Below, in pieces: positions 1 through 7,213 of a DNA stretch of 17,421 nt (positions within the stretch are counted from its first letter, which is position 1; the number at the start of each line of letters is the position of its first letter). This stretch comes from an uncultured Chloroflexia bacterium (GTDB lineage: Bacteria; Chloroflexota; Limnocylindria; Limnocylindrales; CSP1-4). The notes below the pieces were generated by a model that was given only the letters and a program-made list of their open reading frames with translations, was not told where the DNA came from and ran no database searches. The stretch is from NCBI GenBank assembly GCA_963833225.1, contig CAWHXD010000020.1, positions 1 through 17,421 of the forward strand. The letters run 5' to 3'. The position numbers and the translations under genes are program-made.

Positions 1-418
1 CGACGGACCGGCGGGACCGGAGGAGCGGCACGACGGGTGACTGCCAGGCTGCTCGGCAACCATCCGCCGTGCCTGGGGATCCCGATCGAGGTCCGGTTCA
101 TCACCGATCCCGGCGGGCTCTGCGACCTCGCCGAGGGTCGCACCGGCTTTCGGCGCTTCATGCGGCGGATTCTCCGTCGTCGGCTCCATCGCGTGCTGCT
201 CGTCCGCCTCGGGGACCTCGTCGAGCAGGATCGTGACGCGGAGCCCACGAGGATCTGCGCGTTCCTCAGGATCGGCGTTGACCCGTCGTTGCGCGACTAC
301 TTCGAGTCGGATGTGATCCCTCAGCACGCGCACATCGGGCGCTGGATGAAGGACATCCCTGCCGATCGGCGGGGCTGCGTTCGGGGCGCGGCTGCGCGAA
401 CGAGGACGCCCGGTCTAG
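1..418 (+). pseudogene. Sulfotransferase-family remnant (frameshifted, apparently internally deleted; probably 5'-truncated by the window edge)
   Basis: Frame 1 gives GGT-G (10-21) and frame 3 gives RSGTT (21-35). Frame 1 then resumes with VTARLLGNHP..E.RF, together forming a 5'-PSB (GxxRSGTT) region broken by two indels. Downstream RVLLVRLGDLV...TRICAFL...HIGRW resembles the sulfotransferase C-terminus (vrYEDLv..p...l..icefL...igrW). The central 3'-PB motif (RDPRDxxxS) is absent. Removing one G at 371-374 gives DRRAAFGARLRERGRPV* with TAG at 416-418, which removes the overlap with the convergent gene. Confidence 0.6.
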
Positions 419-420
419 AC

Positions 421-1731
421 CTATCTCTCGGCGCCGCTTGACCAGCCCGCCCCGAGCCGCAGCACCTGCCGGTCACGCGTCGCCCGTCCGCGCGCGCTGT
501 TCACGGTGTCGACAACGAGCGAGGCTCGCTCGTAGACCTCATCCCAGTCGATGCCCTGGTGCGCGACCAGGACGACCACGACGTCCGCCGAGTCGAGCAG
601 CTCGCCGAGCTCGCTCGACTGCCGCACCGTGCCCGCAGCGTCACGGAATGACGGCACGCGCGGATCGTGGTAGCAGACGTCACCCCCGCGCGCGGCCAGC
701 ACGGCGAGCACCTCGGCGGCAGGCGAGTTCCGCGGGTCGCCGACGTTGGGCTTGAACGCGACGCCCAGCACGCCGACGAGGGCACCCTTGAGCGCGGCGC
801 CCCGGTCGTTGAGCGCATCGGCCACGAGATCGACCACGTGCCGCGGCATGGCGAGGTTGATGTCACCGGCGAGCTCGATGAAGCGGTCGGTGAAGTCGAA
901 CTCGCGCGCCCGCCACGAGAGGTAGTAGGGGTCGACCGGGATGCAGTGACCGCCCACGCCCGGGCCGGGTGTGAAGCGCATGAACCCGAACGGCTTGGTG
1001 GCAGCGGCATCGACGACCTCCCACACGTCCAGGTCCATCCGCTCGCACAGGAGCGCGAGCTGGTTGACGAATGCGATGTTGATGTTGCGGAACGTGTTCT
1101 CGAGCAACTTGGCCATCTCGGCCGCGTCGGGCGACGACATCTCGACCACCCGGTCGTTGATGTGGCGCAGCAGCGCCGCGGCGCGAGCGGTCCCCGCCGG
1201 CGTCGCGCCGCCCACCAGCCGGGGCACCTCGCGCGAGGCGCTGGCCGGATCGCCCGGGCTCACCCGCTCAGGGGCGAACGCGAGGTCGAAGTCGCGGCCG
1301 GCCCGCAGGCCGGATTCCTCGATCGCCTCGCGGAAGGCGCCCATGGTAGTTCCCGGGAACGTCGTCGACTGGAGGATCACCAGTTGGCCGGCCCGCAGCC
1401 CTTCGCGGACGGACGCGGCCCCGGTCAGGACCGGCCGTAGGTCGGGATCCTTAGTGGTCGTGATCGGTGTCGGCACGCACACGAAGATGACGTCCGCCTC
1501 GGCCAGGCGGGCATCGGCAAGGCCCACGATCCGCAGGCCGACGTCCAGCGCCGCCGCGAGCCGGGCGTCCGAGACATCCTCGATCGGCGAGTGACGGGCC
1601 CGGAGCTCGTCGACGCGCGCCTCCGAGGCATCGATGCCGGAAACGTCAAGGCCGGCTTCGGCGAACGAGATGGCGAGGGGCAGCCCCACATACCCGAGGC
1701 CAATGATCGCGACGCGGCGGTCTTCGGTCAT
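421..1731 (-). CDS. wbpA: Nucleotide sugar dehydrogenase (UDP-N-acetylglucosamine/UDP-ManNAc 6-dehydrogenase, WbpA/WecC family)
   Basis: 436-aa ORF with Rossmann GLGYVG, CVPTP, QSTTFPGTT, PERVSPG, KLLENTFR.INIA, catalytic GGHCIPVDP and GVAFKPNV.D.R.SP. SD-like GGAGA lies upstream of the ATG. The family is secure; the exact substrate and symbol are less so. Confidence 0.92.
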   Translation of the reverse strand: MTEDRRVAIIGLGYVGLPLAISFAEAGLDVSGIDASEARVDELRARHSPIEDVSDARLAAALDVGLRIVGLADARLAEADVIFVCVPTPITTTKDPDLRPVLTGAASVREGLRAGQLVILQSTTFPGTTMGAFREAIEESGLRAGRDFDLAFAPERVSPGDPASASREVPRLVGGATPAGTARAAALLRHINDRVVEMSSPDAAEMAKLLENTFRNINIAFVNQLALLCERMDLDVWEVVDAAATKPFGFMRFTPGPGVGGHCIPVDPYYLSWRAREFDFTDRFIELAGDINLAMPRHVVDLVADALNDRGAALKGALVGVLGVAFKPNVGDPRNSPAAEVLAVLAARGGDVCYHDPRVPSFRDAAGTVRQSSELGELLDSADVVVVLVAHQGIDWDEVYERASLVVDTVNSARGRATRDRQVLRLGAGWSSGAER

Positions 1732-1999
1732 GCATTCTCCAACGGCCGGTTAGGCGCGCATCGACCGGATGCGCCAGGACGGACGGTGACGGGGTCACCC
1801 GCAGGATAGCCAACGTGATACAGCACGGCGACCATTGCCCCCGGTGCTTCCGATCGCCGCATCCACATTCGCCCCTTGCTGACTACCCGCTGGTCCCATG
1901 TCAACCACCCCAGGGTCCCTGTGCTACCGACCCGCAACCCGGCCGGGCATGTATCGTCATCCGTGGCGCCCTCTAGCTCATCAGCCGTCGAGGTTTCCC

Positions 2000-3208
2000 G
2001 TGTCTCTCCCGTCGCTCGCCCGGATCCCCGCCCCGCCCGATGCCATCCTCGGCCTCGCCGAGGCCTTTCGCGCCGATCCCCGCGAGGACAAGATCAACCT
2101 CACCGCCGGCGTGTTCCTCGACGCAACCGGCAAGACGCCGCTGCTGCCCACCGTGATCGAGGCCGAGGACCGCCTGGCCGCCGCTCGGGGCGGCAGGTCA
2201 TACCGCCCGATCGACGGCGAGGTCGCCTACCGGGAGCTGGTTCGCGCGCTGGTCCTCGGCTCCAACCACGAGGCGGTCGGCTCGGGCCGAGCCCTCGCCA
2301 CGCAGACACCCGGCGGGACCGGTGGCCTGCGCGTCGCCGCCGACCTGCTTCGCCGGACGGGCTCCGGATCGACCCTCTGGATGAGCGAGCCGACGTGGCC
2401 CAACCATCCGCAGCTGTTCCAGGCGGCGGGCTTCAAGATCCGCAGCTATCCGTACACGGACACGACCGGGCGCCGGATCGAGGAAACGGCCATGCTCGAC
2501 GCGCTCCGCGGCGCGTCCCCGGGCGACATCGTCCTGCTCCATGGCTGCTGCCACAACCCCACCGGCGTGGATCCGTCGCTGGCGCTGTGGAGCCAGCTCG
2601 GCGACCTGGTCGAGGAGCTCGGTGTGCTGCCCCTGGTCGACCTTGCGTACCAGGGTTTCGGCGACGGCCTGGAGCAGGACGCCGCGGGCCTGCTCGAGCT
2701 GATCCGGCCGGGTATGGAGCTGCTCGTCTCCACCTCCTACTCGAAGACGTTCTCGCTGTATGCCGAGCGCGTCGGCTCGCTGATCGTGATCGCCCGGACG
2801 GCCGAGGATGCGGCGGCGGTCCAGACCCACGTGAAGGCCGCTATCCGGGTCAACTACTCGAACCCTCCGGCCCATGGCGCGGACATCGTGCGCACGATCC
2901 TGTCCGACTCCGATCTACGGTCGCAATGGGAGGTCGAGCTGGCCGGAATGCGCGACCGGATCAACGACAACCGGAAGGCCCTCGTGGCAGCGCTCGAGGA
3001 GCGCAACATCCCCGGTGACTGGGGGGCGATCGCCGATCAGCGCGGGATGTTCGCGCTGCTGGGCCTCACCCCGCAACAGGTGGCCAGGCTTCGCGAGGAG
3101 CATGCCGTGTACGTGGTGGGCCGCGGCCGGATCAACGTGGCCGGGTTCTCGTCCACCAACATGGGTGCGTTCGCCGACGCGCTGGGCTCCGTGCTGGCGT
3201 CGTCCTAG
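2000..3208 (+). CDS. aspC: Aspartate/aromatic amino acid aminotransferase (PLP fold I, AspC/TyrB type)
   Basis: Motifs PPDAILGL, KINLTAGV, QTPGGTGGLR, PTWPNH, LLHGCCHNPTG, DLAYQGFG, SYSKTFSLYAERVG (PLP lysine), YSNPPAHG, RGMF and GRINVAG. Start moved from 1898 to GTG 2000, which has GAGG at 1990-1993 and is where homology begins. Could be tyrB. Confidence 0.92.
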   Translation: MSLPSLARIPAPPDAILGLAEAFRADPREDKINLTAGVFLDATGKTPLLPTVIEAEDRLAAARGGRSYRPIDGEVAYRELVRALVLGSNHEAVGSGRALATQTPGGTGGLRVAADLLRRTGSGSTLWMSEPTWPNHPQLFQAAGFKIRSYPYTDTTGRRIEETAMLDALRGASPGDIVLLHGCCHNPTGVDPSLALWSQLGDLVEELGVLPLVDLAYQGFGDGLEQDAAGLLELIRPGMELLVSTSYSKTFSLYAERVGSLIVIARTAEDAAAVQTHVKAAIRVNYSNPPAHGADIVRTILSDSDLRSQWEVELAGMRDRINDNRKALVAALEERNIPGDWGAIADQRGMFALLGLTPQQVARLREEHAVYVVGRGRINVAGFSSTNMGAFADALGSVLASS

Positions 3209-4101
3209 CTCGCTGCGGGCTGGCGCGCGAACCGCCTCCGCAGCTGCTCCCGGCCGCGCCTCCGCTCCTCGGGCGTCGTGAGCGGGATCACGCCCAGCAG
3301 CATCGACAGTGATCCGTACCACAGGGCCGGGAGGGCGAGCATCGCGCCCACTGGCACGACCCAGCGCTGGTTCCGTGGCGCGCCCCAGGCGATCAGCAGC
3401 GCTCCGATCGGGCCGCGCACGAGCAGCGGAATCGGGATCGCCGCCCAGGTCCCGCCCTTCCCGCTGTTGGCGGTCAGCAGGTCGATCCACGCCCGCCACG
3501 CATCGGGCAGCTGAATCGAGGAGATGGCCACGATCGCCGCCGTGGCGCCGATCGCGATCGACAGTTGCCGCCATTCGCGGCGCAGGGCGAACCACAGCAG
3601 TCCCACCCCAGGCGTGATCTTGGTCAGCAGCACCAAAGCCCAGGTCCACGGGTAGCGGAAACCGGCCACGATCGCCAGCGCCAGCAGCAGCGAGATGTTC
3701 CCGCCCGCGATCTCCATCAACCCGACCGCCAGGCCCACCAGGAACAGATCCGGACCGGTGAGCAGGAACGTGGCCACGATCAGGATCGCCGTCCATGCGG
3801 CCACGAACGCCGGCCACGGAAGCAGGTCGAGCGGATAGACGAGCTGCGCGAACGCGGGCGAGTACGGATACGCCCCGATCGCGTTCCAGTTGGTGCGCCC
3901 GGCATACAGATCGGACAGGTCCAGCCCGTAGTAGGAGCGGGCGTCCTGCGCGGTGACGAGGCGCCCGCTGAACGGCTCGCTGACGTCGATCGAAGGGTCG
4001 GACAGGGCGATGGCGAGCAGCCACACCACGATGGCCGCGATGATGCCGGCCGCGAGCAGCGCAGCAGTGCGGTCGGGCGGCCGGCGAGCGAGGACGGTCA
4101 T
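3205..4101 (-). CDS. Glycosyltransferase family 87 / DUF2029-like polytopic membrane protein (GT-C fold)
   Basis: Multiple hydrophobic segments, an early D..SYY (QDARSYYG), YPYSPAFAQL..PL..LPW, GNISLLLA and LTKITPG fit GT87-like proteins. The start is uncertain (ATG 4101 or 4113). A GACAAT -10-like hexamer at 4117-4112 favours 4101. Its stop shares the CTAG at 3205-3208 with the aminotransferase stop. Confidence 0.75.
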   Translation of the reverse strand: MTVLARRPPDRTAALLAAGIIAAIVVWLLAIALSDPSIDVSEPFSGRLVTAQDARSYYGLDLSDLYAGRTNWNAIGAYPYSPAFAQLVYPLDLLPWPAFVAAWTAILIVATFLLTGPDLFLVGLAVGLMEIAGGNISLLLALAIVAGFRYPWTWALVLLTKITPGVGLLWFALRREWRQLSIAIGATAAIVAISSIQLPDAWRAWIDLLTANSGKGGTWAAIPIPLLVRGPIGALLIAWGAPRNQRWVVPVGAMLALPALWYGSLSMLLGVIPLTTPEERRRGREQLRRRFARQPAAS

Positions 4102-4478
4102 GCCGCGGGCCATTGTCGCGGATCGGGCTGCGCCGGGCCATCCCCGACCAGCGGCCGTGGGGAACACGCATCGCCGGGCAGCGTGGGCCTCCGTGACGGC
4201 CCGATGAAGCGCGCCGCGGGCCAGGCGACGGCGCCGTTGGGCGGGCCGGGAATCCCGACGGCCGGCGACGTGTCACCGGCCGTCAGTCCGCGTTCGCCCC
4301 GCACGGACCCCGTCAGTGGTTTCGGCCCACACGAGGATCCTGGGCAGGAGGGATGAGTGCGGAGACACATCGTCCCCGCCCCAGACTATCGGGGACCGGG
4401 TCAAGATCCCCGCACCGCACCAGACCGTGAGCGAGTGCCCCGGCCGGCGCGCCTCCGCCCGCATGCCTCCGCCCCGCG

Positions 4479-4484
4479 TACCAT
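4479..4484 (+). promoter_or_regulatory. Putative -10 element (TACCAT) of a leaderless transcript
   Basis: A TAnnnT hexamer lies 6 nt before ATG 4491, with no SD sequence in between. Confidence 0.5.
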
Positions 4485-4490
4485 CGCCGG

Positions 4491-5402
4491 ATGAAGATCG
4501 GCATCGTGCTCCCGATGAACGAGACCGACGGCCCCGGCGCCACCACGTGGACGCGGATCCGGGCGCTCGCCCAGCAGGCAGAGGCGGGGGGGATCGACAG
4601 CCTGTGGGTCTACGACCATTTCATCTTCCGCCTCCCCGGCGAGCCCGAGGACGGGATCCACGAGGCGTGGACGCTCCTGGCCGCCGTCGCGGCGGTCACC
4701 GAGCGGGTGGAGATCGGCACGATCGTGCTGGGCAGCGGGTTCCGGCCACCGGCCCTGCTGGCGAAGATGGCCGCCACCGCGGACGAGATCGCCAACGGCC
4801 GGCTGATCCTCGGCCTGGGGACCGGCTGGCACGAGCCCGAGTACAAGGCGTTCGGGTATCCATTCGATCACCGGGCGGGCCGGTTCGAGGAAGCACTCCA
4901 GATCATCGTCCCGCTGACGCGCGGCGAACGAGTCACGTTCCATGGTCGCTGGCACGACGTGGACGATGCGGTCCTCATCCCGCCTCCGCCCCGGCCGAGC
5001 CGGATGGAGGGCCGGATCCCGATCCTGATCGCAGCCAGGGGCGATCGCGTCCTGCGCCTGGCCGCGCGGTACGCGGATGCCTGGAATGCCGCCTGGTTCG
5101 GGTTTCCGGGCGATCGCTACGACGAGCGCGTGGGCAACCTGCGTCGCGCGTGCGAGGCGGAGGCTCGCGACCCGGCCACAATGGAGATCACCGTGGGGCT
5201 GACCGTCGACGCCGAGTCAGCGGCTGACGCCCGCCCCGGTCCGGAACAGGCGCTGCGGCCCGACGTGGACGAGATCGCGCGCGCGCTCGACGCCTGGCGG
5301 GAGCTCGGCGTGGGCCATGTCCAGGTGAGCCTCCAACCGGCCGACGAGCGGACGGTCGAGGTGCTGCTCCGCGCACGCGCCAGGCATCTCGGGATGAGCT
5401 GA
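4491..5402 (+). CDS. LLM-class (luciferase-like) flavin/F420-dependent oxidoreductase
   Basis: 303 aa with MKIGIVLP, DSLWVYDH, EAWTLLAAVAAVTERVEIGTIV, RPPALLAKMAAT.D....GRLILGLGTGW, IPILIA..G.R.LRLAARYADAWN. Confidence 0.92.
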   Translation: MKIGIVLPMNETDGPGATTWTRIRALAQQAEAGGIDSLWVYDHFIFRLPGEPEDGIHEAWTLLAAVAAVTERVEIGTIVLGSGFRPPALLAKMAATADEIANGRLILGLGTGWHEPEYKAFGYPFDHRAGRFEEALQIIVPLTRGERVTFHGRWHDVDDAVLIPPPPRPSRMEGRIPILIAARGDRVLRLAARYADAWNAAWFGFPGDRYDERVGNLRRACEAEARDPATMEITVGLTVDAESAADARPGPEQALRPDVDEIARALDAWRELGVGHVQVSLQPADERTVEVLLRARARHLGMS

Positions 5403-5403
5403 C

Positions 5404-6237
5404 ATGGCCGTCGACCCCGACGGATCTGCGGCAGGCAGGCCATCGCGTCCGCCCGACCCGCCCGACCTGCCCGAGCACGTCGCGCTGAACCGGACGCACT
5501 GGGACCAGATCGCCGCCGAGTACGTCGCGTCGGGCGAGCGCGCCTGGGCGCGCGAGCCCGGCGACGAGACCTGGGGCATCTTCGGAGTTCCCGAGGCCAA
5601 TGTCCGGATGCTGCCCGACAACCTCCACGGGACGGACGCCATCGAGCTCGGCTGCGGCACCGCCTACGTGTCGGCCTGGATGGCCCGTCGAGGCGCCCGC
5701 GTCGTCGGGATCGACAACTCCCCCGCCCAGCTGGCCACGGCGACCCGGCTCCAGCGCGAGCAACGGATCGACTTCCCGCTGATCCTCGGCAACGCCGAGC
5801 GCGTCCCGTTTCCGGACGCCTCGTTCGACTTCGCCATCAGCGAGTACGGCGCGGCGCTGTGGGCCGACCCGCACGCCTGGGTTCCCGAGGCGGCCCGGCT
5901 GCTCCGGGCCGGCGGCCGGCTGCACCTGCTGACCAACAGTCTGCTCGCCTACCTCACCGTGCCCGATCTCGAGGCCGAAGGCGCCGCGGACGAGCGCCTC
6001 AAGCGGCCGCAGTTCGGGATGCACCGCACCGTGTGGCCGGACGAGCCGGGCTCGGTCGAGTTCCACCTCTCACACGGTGACTGGATCCGCCTGTTCAGAG
6101 CGAGCGGCTTCGAGGTCGAGGCGCTGGTGGAGCCGCCCGTGCCACCCAGCAGCACGACCCGCTACGGGTGGATGACCGCGGAATGGGCCTCGCGCTGGCC
6201 GTGCGAGGAGATCTGGAAGGTCCGCAGGCGCGAGTGA
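5404..6237 (+). CDS. Class I SAM-dependent methyltransferase (Methyltransf_11-like)
   Basis: Motif I IELGCGTA, VVGIDNS, GNAERVPFPDASFDFAISEYG and EAARLLRAGGRL. ATG lies 1 nt after the LLM stop, suggesting an operon. Confidence 0.92.
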   Translation: MAVDPDGSAAGRPSRPPDPPDLPEHVALNRTHWDQIAAEYVASGERAWAREPGDETWGIFGVPEANVRMLPDNLHGTDAIELGCGTAYVSAWMARRGARVVGIDNSPAQLATATRLQREQRIDFPLILGNAERVPFPDASFDFAISEYGAALWADPHAWVPEAARLLRAGGRLHLLTNSLLAYLTVPDLEAEGAADERLKRPQFGMHRTVWPDEPGSVEFHLSHGDWIRLFRASGFEVEALVEPPVPPSSTTRYGWMTAEWASRWPCEEIWKVRRRE

Positions 6238-6265
6238 GCCGGGCCCGCGGCGGGCCCGGCTCACT
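6233..6265. terminator. Perfect 15-bp inverted repeat between convergent genes (probable bidirectional terminator, no U-tract)
   Basis: AGTGAGCCGGGCCCG-cgg-CGGGCCCGGCTCACT overlaps the methyltransferase stop and ends 20 nt from the RTX gene stop. Confidence 0.7.
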
Positions 6266-6285
6266 GGTTCGGATGCGCGACGGGG

Positions 6286-6795
6286 TCAGTCGCTCACGTG
6301 GCGAACGACCTCGCAGTCGGAGGCCACCACGTCGGTCGGCCCCGCGATGACGACATCCCAGCCGGCGCCGCAGCTCACCGAGTCGGCCGCGTGGTCGTAG
6401 CCGACCACGATCTTGTCGTTGCCGGATCCGCCGTAGATGGTGTCGGTGCCCGGGCCGCCGCGGATGTGGTCCCGCCGGGCGCCCCCGTAGATCACGTCCG
6501 CGCCTGCGCCGCCACGCAGGACATCGCGGCCACGCCCGCCGTAGATGTGGTCGTCACCCTTGTTGCCGCGGATGAGGTCGGCTCCGCGGTTGCCGTACAG
6601 GTAGTCGTCGCCGGCCCGCCCGGCGATCCAATCGTTGCCCGCCAGACCATGGATCGTATCCGCATCGGCGGTTCCCACCAGGTGGTCGGGCCCGCGCGTC
6701 CCGGTGGGCGTCATGGCCATGGCGCTGGCCGGCAGCGCGAAGGTGGCGAGCAGGGCGCCGGCGACGATCGCGCGGCGAACGATGGCAGTGGACAT
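6286..6795 (-). CDS. Secreted hemolysin-type (RTX-repeat) calcium-binding protein
   Basis: N-terminal signal peptide (MSTAIVRRAIVAGALLATFALPASAMA), 11 GGxGxDxLx-like nonapeptides and a C-terminal D.V.CG.G.D...D.V..DCE.V cap. GGAGG RBS upstream. Confidence 0.9.
   Translation of the reverse strand: MSTAIVRRAIVAGALLATFALPASAMAMTPTGTRGPDHLVGTADADTIHGLAGNDWIAGRAGDDYLYGNRGADLIRGNKGDDHIYGGRGRDVLRGGAGADVIYGGARRDHIRGGPGTDTIYGGSGNDKIVVGYDHAADSVSCGAGWDVVIAGPTDVVASDCEVVRHVSD
6406..6702 (-). repeat. Eleven 27-nt coding repeats (RTX nonapeptides)
   Basis: GTRGPDHLV/GTADADTIH/GLAGNDWIA/GRAGDDYLY/GNRGADLIR/GNKGDDHIY/GGRGRDVLR/GGAGADVIY/GGARRDHIR/GGPGTDTIY/GGSGNDKIV. Confidence 0.88.
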
Positions 6796-6843
6796 TGGGC
6801 GTCCTCCCGGCGTCGATGCCCCGGTCGGTCGGGGATGGCTCTT

Positions 6844-6876
6844 ACCCTAGAACGGGAGGCTGGGAATCGGCTGGGA
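6844..6876 (-). promoter_or_regulatory. Putative promoter of the RTX gene: tandem TCCCAGCC direct repeat (OmpR/MprA-like box) plus -10 TAGGGT
   Basis: The minus strand reads TCCCAGCC-gat-TCCCAGCC (11-bp period; 6876-6869 and 6865-6858), then TAGGGT (6849-6844). Confidence 0.55.
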
Positions 6877-7028
6877 GGGGGCCGCGAGCCTGAGCACAGC
6901 CATGGTGCCGGTGCGCACCGGGCTCCCGCTCCCGGGAACGGCCCGGTCAGAGACGTAACCCACCCTCGAGCAGGTCGAGCGCGGCCTCGATGGCATTCAC
7001 AGATATCAAGACAGCCGGGGACCGTGGC

Positions 7029-7115
7029 GTCAGCAGGTGGAGCCGGCCGCCGACCCGGAGCAGTCGCGCCGCCTCGGGAACCCACGCATATGGCTCGGCC
7101 CACAGCGCCGCCCCG
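7029..7115 (-). repeat. Inverted partial copy of the methyltransferase gene (counterpart 5847-5933)
   Basis: Manual alignment gives 77/87 nt identity with no gaps. It encodes GAALWAEPYAWVPEAARLLRVGGRLHLLT versus GAALWADPHAWVPEAARLLRAGGRLHLLT. Confidence 0.93.
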
Positions 7116-7213
7116 CCGCCGTGCCCACCCGGCAGGCCCTTCGACCTTGCACCGCCCAACGTGACGCCGCACCATGACCCCGTGCCTCCCAGCCACTCCG
7201 GGACCTGCCTTCC

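Noticed and set aside
4098-4370. 90-aa ORF whose stop overlaps the GT87 start (ATGA)
   Set aside because: It is Pro/Gly-rich with no motif and atypical codon usage. The overlap can arise by chance.
4270-4400. Hammerhead ribozyme, or c-di-GMP, c-di-AMP or ZTP riboswitch
   Set aside because: Only short fragments (CTGACG, GAAAC) resemble these RNAs. The required core order and stems are missing.
6406-6702. CRISPR-like periodic repeats
   Set aside because: The 27-nt periodicity is degenerate, has no spacers and is fully explained by RTX coding repeats.
7029-7115. Diversity-generating retroelement TR/VR pair with 5847-5933
   Set aside because: The mismatches are not adenine-specific in either copy and fall mostly at third codon positions. 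There is no reverse transcriptase in the window.
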